Below are positions 11,601-22,916 of a stretch of DNA of 52,741 nt, one piece after another (positions within the stretch are counted from its first letter, which is position 1; each line of letters starts with the position of its first letter). This DNA is from Nemertoderma westbladi. Its lineage: Eukaryota; Animalia; Xenacoelomorpha. A program made the position numbers and the translations under genes. The notes beneath the pieces were generated by a model. That model did not search any database and was not told the DNA's origin. It saw only the letters and a list, made by a program, of their open reading frames with translations. The DNA lies in contig JAUCBJ010005860.1 in NCBI GenBank assembly GCA_032718475.1, positions 1-52,741 on the forward strand, written 5' to 3'.

Positions 11601-12252
11601 TGTGAAAATTACTCTGGTCCAAATAATGGGCCTGTGTCTGCGACATTAGACGCTATTTGATTTTATATTGCCCTTGATGTGTTCCCAGGATGTTATTAAG
11701 TTGTGTGATGGGTTTTTTGATTTTTAAAACTGTTTGTAGATTTTCTCAGGAAAAGGAAAGGTGAGACAAAGAAATTGATAATTTAAATTTCATAAATCTG
11801 TTGCTAAGGCGGTTACTAGGGCCGGGTTGGCGGACTGCAAGGGAATTTCGGAAATTTTCTTCTTTACCAAAGTGTTTTCCTGAGCACTAATTGCTAACGG
11901 TAGGCTCGCAAGCCTTCCTTTCCATATCTCGTCCTTCCAAACCCAACATTCAAACATAGTTTATAACAGTTTCAGGACAACATTGATGCATTTTTATTAA
12001 CTTTAGATTTATACACTGGTAATGAGACGAGATTCACTAGCATTCACCATGAACTTGTATCCTAAAATTGAAAAAAAACATTTTTGAGCAAAAAACTTTG
12101 AAGCCCAAAAAAAGGCATTAAATCAAAAATGCAGAGGTGGCATCCGGCCTAGCTGGATTCGCCATGTCTTGAAGTACAAAAATCAGGTGGATGCCAACCA
12201 TTAACAAAAAATGCCATCTAAACTTAATTTTCGGGAGATGGCAGGTAGACTA
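8654..12252. mobile_element. Non-autonomous foldback DNA transposon with ~1.3-kb inverted arms
   Basis: Begins TAGTCTACCTGCC and ends GGCAGGTAGACTA. Arms ~8654-9936 and ~10949-12252 are reverse complements with a few indels. CCA flanks both sides (8651-8653, 12253-12255). Confidence 0.9.
10380..10913 (-). pseudogene. Decayed non-LTR retrotransposon (APE endonuclease/linker) fragment in the foldback spacer
   Basis: Broken frames give VENFYHNL...LICLGDFNA (APE GDFNA motif) and FTLQLNNRYEVL (RTE-type linker-like). Confidence 0.7.
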
Positions 12253-13373
12253 CCATATTGTTTACGGGTTTGTCCGTGGTATTAAGCTAGCTTATATTCT
12301 ATAATATTGAAATAGCTAGAAATTCCAGAATATATATTTGTTATCATATGAAACGAGGGGTTAAGCGTATCATAGCACATTGATACTTACATCAATTAGT
12401 TCGTTATAAATTTATCAAGTTTGAGTTATCAAGTTCTGGCAGTGCCGATAAACAAATTTAAATACTAGGTTAGCTACCACGTACCACCAACTAGCAGACT
12501 TGATACCGGTTCATGCAACTACAAACTTTTAAAATCCCAGTAACATCTGTCTGACTAGGTGAAATTTGTTAATATTAATATTAGGCGATAAGGTTCTCAA
12601 CTTTTTCATCTGCACAATCGTTTCATAATGTTACCTTCTGGAATAACCACGTGAATATATTACTGACATGTTGCAAAGTACTTTACATTATTCTGATTCT
12701 CGTGCCGGCTTTATTTTCACGGACTCACTACATCCGTTACGCGCAACGAACCACTCGGATCAGCAAACTGTTAAGTTTTATTTTTCTCGTATGTATAATG
12801 TTTATATTACGCCCTTCTTATCACACGGTATACCTCCAGATTGTCACTATCATGTGAATTAAATTCAATATAAACACAATGCCGACTTTACGGCCCAAGA
12901 CGAGTAACTTTAAAACGATTCCTAAACTGAATATTAAAATTGATATTCCGTCGTCTTGATTTCCACCAAACAATATTATTAGTAATCGAAGTATGCCTAA
13001 TAGCAGCCATTGATAATGTCCCTTTACTTCCAAAAAATATCACATATTTTCTGAAGTTGACAATGCCGCAGTTTCTATTAAGACAAATAAAACCTTCGCT
13101 AGTTCGTGTCCGTAAGAAAGGTAACCTATGACGGTATAGGTCATATCGATTCGGTAGTGTATGTGACACGCTATGGCTATATGCTCGCTCAATTTGACAC
13201 ACTTAAAGCGTCTTGCCTCTTCATTATTTTGGTGGACTAAATGCTGCGTATATCTCTCACCGAACATAATATAGATGAAGTGGAGATACAACTTTAAACA
13301 ACTGCCCTTAAGCAGCTAAATATTCAAATACTGTTACTTTTTTGAAAGTATATTTATAGTATACTAGTATACT

Positions 13374-13825
13374 ACACGTTCGTGGGGCCTTCGCGTAGGA
13401 CGAGGCTCGGTTATTAGATACAGATTAAAATTGAGCAATTCTATCTCAAAATCTGTACAGAAATATAAATAAAGGACGTGACGGAGACAGGGGGGAAACT
13501 GGACATTTATATCTTATACTATAAAATAATTAATGTCCATTAAAAGACAGGCTTAAAAATGCTGTTTTTACCCTAATCAATTTAATTAACTAATTAACTG
13601 CTATTATCGTAGCTTCTCGAAGGCCACACGGAAATTCAACTTGTAAAATTTCTAAACTTTTGCCCGAATGTGTACCAAGTTTGGATAGATTTCATCGATA
13701 TAGTTATTTCGTCGTTAATTTATCGTTATTAACGATTAAAATTGAACACGACAGAACAACAGACACACCGATTGAGTTAGTGGTACCTGTATGCTAAGCT
13801 CGCTTACTTTCGTCGCTCGCCCCAC
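13374..13825 (+). mobile_element. Short Helentron-associated (HINE/DINE-1-like) element
   Basis: 5' GTGGGGCCTTCGCG and 3' GCTCGCCCCAC ends are shared with the element at 30835-32457. Internal partial inverted copy of the 5' end at ~13613-13631. Confidence 0.5.
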
Positions 13826-15430
13826 AATGTAAGTAATATCGTGTAGAGTTAAGGCCAACAAATACGGAACTAGAGACGGGCCTAGCGGCCCATGAAGCAA
13901 GTCGTAGGAGACAGTACGAGTCGAGTAAAAGCTTTTTGTTCTGTCTGATAATAAATTAGTGTGAGGGTAGTTCCGGTGGTGTACGAGAAATTTTCTAGAC
14001 AACTTCAAACTATAATTATTATGTTGTAATTATCTAATGAATTATAAAAGCTGTTGTGATTATAGAAGATAGAGAGCAGTTAGCAAAATGATTATTTTGT
14101 TCTATCGGATAGAGTAGTCGGAGTCTCAGAGAGGAGTCGAGGTGTCAATTGATTAATAATAATAACAGCAGTTGTCATGAATTCAATACAATCGCGCATA
14201 AGAAGTGATAAGACAAATTCGTTCTTATTTTTGTAATAAATAAAGAAAGTTGAGATGTTTCAATGTAAACCGCGATTAACAATTTACACTGTTCAATGTA
14301 AACCGCGATATTAATTAAATACAACAATTATATTATTATTATAACAGATTTTTATATTTCAAACTATAATGTTAGCCTTATGGAGAATCATTATGAGGCT
14401 GAGTAAACATTCAGTCTTATAAGCATACAGCCTCCAAAGTATTAATGTTGGCACAAAGATTTCAAAATAAAACAATAATTAGATGAGAGCTTAGTACAAT
14501 CAATAGTAGCCAACACGCTGTGTAACTAACAGTCATTTAGCTTGCACATCAATTAATTAACATTGGAAAGTGTTATTCAGCTGAGACTGTAATAACCAAC
14601 TAAACCAGTTAATGTTTGATTACTGTCTGGGTTGTAGAGTAGAGTGATAATACTTGGCACAGAAAGTACTTCTTTGTTAGTTGGCCCTTCCTATTGAATG
14701 CATTACCAGGCCATCTGGTGTTTTTATCATTGCGCCTATGGCAATTTTCGTGTTTTGGGGCTATTTTTCGAAATAAAACAAGTTGAGATGTTTCAATTTA
14801 AACCGCGATTTCACAAGTTTTTGCTCTAGGTCAGTTTTATTGACCCTTGTTTATTTTTTTTCATTTTTTTTTACATGTATTACATGGGCCAAAAATACGA
14901 AAATAATGTAATAATGTATTTTTTATTTTAAATATATCCTTAACTCTGAACTTGCCCCTCCACACACTATTGTAAATTCCTAGCGCCTCCACTGGCTTTA
15001 TTGACTTCTGTTTATTTTTTTATTTTTTTTAACAGGTATTGCGTATATTAAAGGAACTTAGCAGGGTTTAAACAAAATTTAAAAAATTACAACAACAAAC
15101 TCACAAAAAAAAACGTTTTGCCCCTATATCCAGTTGCTGTGTAATCTAAAAAACAGTTATAAGGCCGACCCTACAGTCAACTATAATTGTACAATACTAA
15201 TGCATAAAATTCATATTTATTGTACCTTAGTTATTACATGTAATAGTGGCACTGTTGTGCAGATAGTTTTGTTTATTGTTTAGGTTAGAATAACATGCCA
15301 CCTTATCCTGCTCCTTTGACTTTATTGATTCGTCAGCATAGATAACACCCCCCCCCCCCCCCACCCTCGTCTCATAATATTACAGTTAAATAACAATTTA
15401 AATTGTTTATAAATTTTTTTTTCATTACAG

Positions 15431-17107
15431 AGCAAAAGAGTCCCGTAAAAAAAGTTAGAAAAAAAGCTGATCCTGTTGAGGAGATTATTGATGTAGTTTC
15501 TATTGATAGTGCTTCAGAAGACACACTTTCAATGCCATCAACTGGCAGTGGCGCTATAGAAGTTGATCAGCTTAAAGTCATGGCGAAAACGAAAAGAGGA
15601 CCTGCAAAAATGGCTGCAAGGCAACGTGTCCCTGCGAATCATATTGAAGTTGAGCCAGCAGTAGATGCCGTCGGTGAAATTACCATTGTAGCACCGAAAA
15701 TTAATATGAATGTGGAAGATGTTGCAAAGTCCAGCAGAGGTATCAATAGAGTAGGTCTGGAAAATAATACTTTGCACGGATCGTCTGTTGCGCTTGAATT
15801 GCTACCTGCTCTTTTGGAGGACCCTGTCGTCATGGCCAAAGCTAGACGTGGTGGACCTAAAACGGTGACCAAGCAAGTCGCATCATCAAACAGCGAATCT
15901 GAGGAGAGTGTTGCATCTTCTAGTGCTCCTAAACCGCTTCTACCTGCAACTTTAGAGGCACCTGTGGTCAAGGCAAAGCGAGGTCCTGGGCGAACCAAAA
16001 AGGTGACCAAGCAAGTCACATCATCTCACAGCGAATCTGAGGAGAGTGTTGCATCTTCTGTTGCTCCTGAACCTCTTGTACCTGCAACTTTAGAGGCACC
16101 TGTTGTCAAAGCAAAGAGAGGTCCTGGGCGATCTAAAGCGGTGACCAACCAAGTGGCATCATCAAACAGCGAATCTGAGGAGAGTGTTGCATCTTCTATT
16201 GCTCCTGAACTGATTGTACCTGCAACTTTAGAGGCACCTGTGGTCAAGGCAAAGCGAGGTCCTAGGCGAACCAAAAAGGTGACCAAGCAAGTCGCGCCAT
16301 CAAACAGCGAATCTGAGGAGAGTGTTGCATCTTCTATTGCTCCTGAACTGATTGTACCTGCAACTTTAGAGGCACCTGTGGTCAAGGCAAAGCGAGGTCC
16401 TGGGCGAACCAAAAAGGTGACCAAGCAAGTCGCGCCATCAAACAGCGAATCTGAGGAGAGTGTTGCATCTTCTATTGCTCCTGAACTGATTGTACCTGCA
16501 ACTTTAGAGGCACCTGTGGTCGAGGCAAAGCGAGGTCCTGGGCGATCCAAAAAGGTCACTAAGAAAGTCACATCATCTCACAGCGAATCTGAGGAGAGTG
16601 TTGCATCTTCTGTTGCTCCTGAGGCACCTGTGGTCAAGGCAAAGAGAGGTCCTGGGCGAACCAAAACGGTGACTAAGAAAGTCGCGTCATCAAACAGCGA
16701 ATCTGAGGAGAGTGTTGCATCTTCTATTGCTCCTGAACTGCTTGTACCTGCAATTTCAGAGGCACCTGTGGTCAAGGCAAAGCGAGGTCCTGGGCGAACC
16801 AAAAAGGTGACCAAGAAAGTCACATCATCTCACAGCGAATCTGAGGAGAGTGTTGCATCTTCTGTTGCTCCTGAGGCACCTGTGGTCAAAGCAAAGAGAG
16901 GTCCTGGGCGATCGAAAAAGGCGACCAAGCAAATCGCATCATCTCACAGCGAATCTGATGAAAGTGTTGCTTCTTCACTTATGGCTGATCAGAGTTTACT
17001 GTCAGAGGTTTCAAACCGAACAGAAGTTGTTTCTAAGACAAAGAAAGGAGGTGGGCGAACTAAGAAAGTGGTCGAAATTGTAAAGAAACCGGAAATAGCT
17101 CAAAATG
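15431..17107 (+). CDS. MKI67: Ki-67-like gene, next exon (basic/acidic repeat region)
   Basis: Acceptor tttttttcattacag ends at 15430, donor G|GTTAGA at 17108. Phase 1 matches the previous exon (G+AG = Glu) and the frame is open throughout. Confidence 0.75.
15820..16975 (+). repeat. Coding tandem repeat, 138-bp (46-aa) units with shorter 114-bp variants, about 9 copies
   Basis: APVVKAKRGPGR(T/S)KKVTKQV.SS.SESEESVASS repeats; unit starts at 15961 and 16099 are 138 bp apart. Confidence 0.95.
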
Positions 17108-17408
17108 GTTAGAATGTAAATTATATTTATAGCTACTCTTTCGATTTTGTGAATCTATTAATCATATAAATTATCTGATTAGGCGGAATTGAATTGCAAA
17201 TCATGGGGCGGATTCCGGTAACAAACAATTAGGGTATTGTTGTCTCCTTCGCCGTTACTTATTACGGTTGCGATTCAACAATTCGCAGATACAATTTGAA
17301 TGTTTCTTTTCTTAAAAACTGGTCGACGTATGTCATTGTTGTCATGTACTCCGCTCGTAAAAGTTTCATCCCACGAAATGGTGATATATTATTCATTTTT
17401 CCTTGCAG

Positions 17409-17741
17409 ATATTGCGGACGTTATCGTAAAAAGGCGTGGTCGGGGCCGTAAAGCCCCAGTGAAACTCTCTCCAGTCACTGAACAATCTGCGGATGATGAG
17501 GACGATCTGGAGATTTCCTTTAAGGCCGGATCCTCTTCTCTCGAGGAAGATAACCCTGTGGTGGGAGGAAAGCCTGTGGTGGGAGGAAAGATTGAATCTC
17601 GTAAAAGTAAAAAACTCCCTGATGGTAGGAAACGGAAAGTTGTCGATGCTGTGCCCGTAGCCATAGATGTTGAATCTACCGAGGCGATGGTCGATGATGT
17701 CGCGGTTCCCCCTAAACGAAGACGTGCTCCACCAGTAGCCG
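17409..17741 (+). CDS. MKI67: Ki-67-like gene, exon
   Basis: Acceptor ttttccttgcag ends at 17408, donor G|GTTGGT at 17742, phase 1/1. Encodes KRRGRGRK and PPKRRR basic motifs. Confidence 0.7.
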
Positions 17742-20593
17742 GTTGGTTATCATTATTAGTGCTCCACCAGTACCCGATTAGTTATCATTATTAGTGCTCC
17801 ACCAGTAGCCGGTTAGTTATCATTATTAGTGCTCCACCAGTAGCTGGTTGGTTATCATTATTAGTGCTCCACCAGTAGCTGGTTGGTTATCATTATTAGT
17901 GCTCCACCAATAGCCGGTTGGTTATCATTATTAGTGCTCCACCAGTACCCGATTAGTTATCATTATTGGTGCTCCACCAGTAGCTGGTTGGTTATCATTA
18001 TTAGTGCTCCACCAGTAGCTGATTGGTTATCATTATTAGTGCTCCACCAGTACCCGATTAGTTATCATTATTAGTGCTCCACCAGTAGCTGGTTGGTTAT
18101 CATTATTAGTGCTCCACCAGTATCCGATTAGTTATCATTATTAGTGCTCCACCAGTAGCTGGTTGGTTATCATTATTAGTGCTCCACCAGTACTCGGTTA
18201 GTTATCATTATTAGTGCTCCACCAGTAGCCGGTTAGTTATCATTATTAGTGCTCCACCAGTAGCTGATTGGTTATCATTATTAGTGCTCCACCAGTAGCT
18301 GGTTGGTTATCATTATTAGTGCTCCACCAGTAGCCGGTTAGTTATCATTATTAGTGCTCCACCAGTAGAGATTGGTTATCATTATTAGTGCTCCACCAGT
18401 AGCTGGTTGGTTATCATTATTAGTGCTCCACCAGTAGCCGGTTAGTTATCATTATTAGTGCTCCACCAGTAGAGATTGGTTATCATTATTAGTGCTCCAC
18501 CAGTAGCTGGTTGGTTATCATTATTAGTGCTCCACCAGTAGCTGATTGGTTATCATTATTAGTGCTCCACCAGTAGCCGGTTAGTTATCATTATTAGTGC
18601 TCCACCAGTAGCTGGTTGGTTATCATTATTAGTGCTCCACCAGTAGCTGGTTGGTTATCATTATTAGTGCTCCACCAGTAGCTGATTGGTTATCATTATT
18701 AGTGCTCCACCAGTAGCCGGTTAGTTATCATTATTAGTGCTCCACCAGTAGCCGGTTAGTTATCATTATTAGTGCTCCACCAGTAGCTGATTGGTTATCA
18801 TTATTAGTACTCCACTAGTAGCTGATTGGTTATCATTATTAGTGCTCCACCAGTAGCTGGTTGGTTATCATTATTAGTGCTCCACCAGTAGCTGATTGGT
18901 TATCATTATTAGTACTCCACTAGTAGCTGATTGGTTATCATTATTAGTGCTCCACCAGTAGCTGGTTGGTTATCATTATTAGTGATCCACCAGTAGCCGG
19001 TTAGTTATCATTATTAGTGCTCCACCAGTAGCTGATTGGTTATCATTATTAGTACTCCACTAGTAGCTGATTGGTTATCATTATTAGTGCTCCACCAGTA
19101 GCTGATTGGTTATCATTATTAGTACTCCACTAGTAGCTGATTGGTTATCATTATTAGTGCTCCACCAGTAGCTGGTTAGTTATCATTATTAGTGCTCCAC
19201 CAGTAGCTGATTGGTTATCATTATTAGTACTCCACTAGTAGCTGATTGGTTATCATTATTAGTGCTCCACCAGTAGCTGGTTGGTTATCATTATTAGTGC
19301 TCCACCAGTAGCCGATTAGTTATCATTATTAGTGCTCCACCAGTAGCTGATTGGTTATCATTATTAGTACTCCACTAGTAGCTGATTGGTTATCATTATT
19401 AGTGCTCCACCAGTAGCTGGTTGGTTATCATTATTAGTGCTCCACCAATAGCCGGTTAGTTATCATTATTAGTGCTCCACCAGTAGCCAGTTAGTTATCA
19501 TTATTAGTGCTCCACCAGTAGCTGATTGGTTATCATTATTAGTACTCCACTAGTAGCTGATTGGTTATCATTATTAGTGCTCCACCAGTAGCTGGTTGGT
19601 TATCATTATTAGTGCTCCACCAGTAGCTGGTTGGTTATCATTATTAGTGCTCCACCAGTAGCCGATTAGTTATCATTATTAGTGCTCCACCAGTAGCCAG
19701 TTAGTTATCATTATTAGTGCTCCACCAGTAGCTGATTGGTTATCATTATTAGTACTCCACTAGTAGCTGATTGGTTATCATTATTAGTGCTCCACCAGTA
19801 GCTGGTTGGTTATCATTATTAGTGCTCCACCAGTAGCCGGTTGGTTATTATTATTAGTGCTCCACCAGTACCCGATTAGTTATCATTATTAGTGCTCCAC
19901 CAGTAGCTGATTGGTTATCATTATTAGTACTCCACTAGTAGCTGATTGGTTATCATTATTAGTGCTCCACCAGTAGCCGGTTAGTTATCATTATTAGTGC
20001 TCCACCAGTAGCCAGTTAGTTATCATTATTAGTGCTCCACCAGTAGCCGGTTAGTTATCATTATTAGTGCTCCACCAGTAGCTGATTGGTTATCATTATT
20101 AGTGCTCCACCAGTAGCTGATTGGTTATCATTATTAGTGCTCCACCAGTAGCTGGTTGGTTATCATTATTAGTGCTCCACCAGTAGCCGATTAGTTATCA
20201 TTATTAGTGCTCCACCAGTAGCTGATTGGTTATCATTATTAGTACTCCACTAGTAGCTGATTGGTTATCATTATTAGTGCTCCACCAGTAGCCGGTTAGT
20301 TATCATTATTAGTGCTCCACCAGTAGCCGGTTAGTTATCATTATTAGTGCTCCACCAGTAGCCGGTTAGTTATCATTATTAGTGCTCCACCAGTAGCTGA
20401 TTGGGTATCATTATTAGTGCTCCACTAGTAGCTGATTGGTTATCATTATTAGTGCTCCACCAGTAGCCGGTTAGTTATCATTATTAGTGCTCCACCAGTA
20501 GCTGATTGGTTATCATTATTAGTGCTCCACCAGTAGCCGGTTGGTTATCATTATTAGTGCTCCACCAATAACCGAATAGTTATCATTATTAGT
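17724..20593. repeat. 35-bp minisatellite, about 82 copies, beginning inside the exon and containing the splice donor
   Basis: Unit GTGCTCCACCAGTAGC(C/T)G(G/A)TT(A/G)GTTATCATTATTA, period 35 (17724, 17759, ...). Confidence 0.97.
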
Positions 20594-20749
20594 AGGAATA
20601 TAGGAAACCTGAATGGAAATCGTCTGAATCCCTTTATATTTACTGTTATTGAATTTCTTCCCAAACCTGTTCCAAACCTCATAATTTACCCGATGCAGAT
20701 CTAGTTTAACCGGGAAGGAGCCGATTATTATGTGAAATTTGTTTTCCAG

Positions 20750-20871
20750 GTAAATCCAAGAAACGGGTGGGGTTTGATACTACGGGGGATTCGTACAGGA
20801 TTATAACACCTGCAGTTATAGCGAACAGACGTGGTGTAGGACGGTCAAAGGGTGGAGTGGAAAACTCTAAG
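20750..20871 (+). CDS. MKI67: Ki-67-like gene, short exon (not in the ORF track)
   Basis: Acceptor tttgttttccag ends at 20749. Phase 1 entry reads GKSKKRVGFDTTGDSYRIITPAVIANRRGVGRSKGGVENSK without a stop. Consensus donor AAG|GTAAGT at 20872. Confidence 0.65.
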
Positions 20872-21941
20872 GTAAGTGAACAGACGTGGTGTAGGACGGT
20901 CAAAGGGTGGAGTGGAAAACTCTAAGGTAAGTGAACAGACGTAGTGTAGGTCGGTCAAAGGGTGGAGTGGAAAACTCTAAGGTAAGTTAACAGACAGTGG
21001 TGTAGGTCGGTCAAAGGGTGGAGTGGAAAACTCTAAGGTAAGTGAACAGACGTGGTGTAGGACGGTCAAAGGGTGGAGTGGAAAACTCTAAGGTAAGTGA
21101 ACAGACGTAGTGTAGGTCGGTCAAAGGGTGGAGTGGAAAACTCTAAGGTAAGTGAACAGACGTGGTGTAGGTCGGTCAAAGGGTGGAGTGGAAAACTCTA
21201 AGGTAAGTGAACAGACGTAGTGTAGGTCGGTCAAAGGGTGGAGTGGAAAACTCTAAGGTAAGTGAACAGACGTGGTGTAGGTCGGTCAAAGGGTGGAGTG
21301 GAAAACTCTAAGGTAAGTGAACAGACGTGGTGTAGGTCGGTCAAAGGGTGGAGTGGAAAACTCTAAGGTAAGTTAACAGACGTGGTGTAGGACGGTCAAA
21401 GGGTGGAGTGGAAAACTCTAAGGTAAGTGAACAGACGTGGTGTAGGTCGGTCAAAGGGTGGAGTGGAAAACTCTAAGGTAAGTGAACAGACGTGGTGTAG
21501 GTCGGTCAAAGGGTGGAGTGGAAAACTCTAAGGTAAGTGAACAGACGTGGTGTAGGTCGGTCAAAGGGTGGAGTGGAAAACTCTAAGGTAAGTGAACAGA
21601 CGTAGTGTAGGTCGGTCAAAGGGTGGAGTGGAAAACTCTAAGGTAAGTGAACAGACGTGGTGTAGGTCGGTCAAAGGGTGGAGTGGAAAACTCTAAGGTA
21701 AGTGAACAGACGTGGTGTAGGTCGGTCAAAGGGTGGAGTGGAAAACTCTAAGGTAAGTGAACAGACGTGGTGTAGGTCGGTCAAAGGGTGGAGTGGAAAA
21801 CTCTAAGGTAAGTGAACAGACGTAGTGTAGGTCGGTCAAAGGGTGGAGTGGAAAACTCTACGGTAAGTGAACAGACGTGGTGTAGGTCGGTCAAAGGGTG
21901 GAGTGGAAAACTCTAAGGTAAGTGAACAGACGTGGTGTAGG
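20823..21941. repeat. 55-bp minisatellite, about 20 copies, each carrying AAG|GTAAGT
   Basis: Unit GAACAGACGTGGTGTAGG(A/T)CGGTCAAAGGGTGGAGTGGAAAACTCTAAGGTAAGT. Confidence 0.97.
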
Positions 21942-22119
21942 CTTCAGCCTATTAGTCTTCCCTTATAAGTTTGGTACATTCGTAAAATAACATTAGTGAC
22001 ATAGCATTAAAGATGACTAAAATGTAAAAAGTTATGACGTTGTTTTAATAATCGGGCATCTTGTTGAGTTTTTGTAATCTACATTTGTATCCAGATCTTT
22101 GTATAATTGTTTTGTCCAG

Positions 22120-22137
22120 CGGACTCGCTGCACCTAG
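22120..22137 (+). CDS. Candidate terminal coding exon of the Ki-67-like gene (RTRCT-stop)
   Basis: Good acceptor ttgttttgtccag and phase-0 compatible. Alternative acceptors near 22208 and 22215 are also possible, so this is tentative. Confidence 0.3.
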   Translation, partial: RTRCT

Positions 22138-22811
22138 TTGTTTTGCATTGATTTTGATTTGTGACGCCAGTGAGTATTTTTTAACGGATCGATAATTTTG
22201 TTGTTTAGTTACCAGGCGATGAGACGCCAACCCGAATTCTACAGACTACCACAAATTCGACGGCGACCACAAGTTGAATACGGTGAGAGCCGCAAACTCA
22301 TGGTGGCCGACCGGGAGGGGTGGTTGGTCTAGATCTGCCACGAACAGACATCGTATTTAAAAACAATGTCCAGTCCAGGTTATTCTAGAACAAACCGTCG
22401 AATAAATTGGTCGCTAATATTGATTTATTATATAGACTTCTAGATTATTTAGTATTCCAATATTTTTTACTCATGTCTCGTTCAGTGTGTTTTGTGTGTT
22501 TACAATACCCAACGTTGTGTTTTTATTGTATTGTAGTATCCATAGACCATAACTCTTATTTTTAGATTATTATGTATTATATTAATAATAGTTAGTATGT
22601 TGTAATCTTTCATCTGATTGCTGATGATAGTGGGGGTCAACTTTGGTTATTAGATTTATTTAGTTTACTGTTAAGTTTACTGTTAAGTTTACTGTGTTTT
22701 AATAGTAACTAAATAGTTAATGGTAAACATTAGATTGTTAGTTGGAGTTGCTTAATTCTCAACACAAAGTCGAGTTTTTAGCTCAGTTATAATAATTCCT
22801 GCCAAACCAAT

Positions 22812-22916
22812 GTTAAGGGCAGGTGTATGTCAATACATTGGACTGTTAAGGGCAGGTGTATGTCAATACATTGGACTGTTAAGGGCAGGTGTATGTCAAT
22901 ACATTGGACAGTTAAG
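22812..22916. repeat. 33-bp tandem repeat, 3 copies
   Basis: GTTAAGGGCAGGTGTATGTCAATACATTGGACT repeated. Confidence 0.9.

Noticed and set aside
14247-14810. 31-bp direct repeat flanking ~500 bp
   Set aside because: No LTR termini or internal coding signal; likely a local duplication.
17759-20593. Array of micro-exons (ttattag|17 nt|gttagt)
   Set aside because: Intervening segments are only ~18 nt, too short for introns, and a 17-nt exon would shift the frame. Not supportable without transcripts.
17724-21941. CRISPR-like appearance of the 35-bp and 55-bp arrays
   Set aside because: No unique spacers, no cas genes, eukaryotic intronic context.
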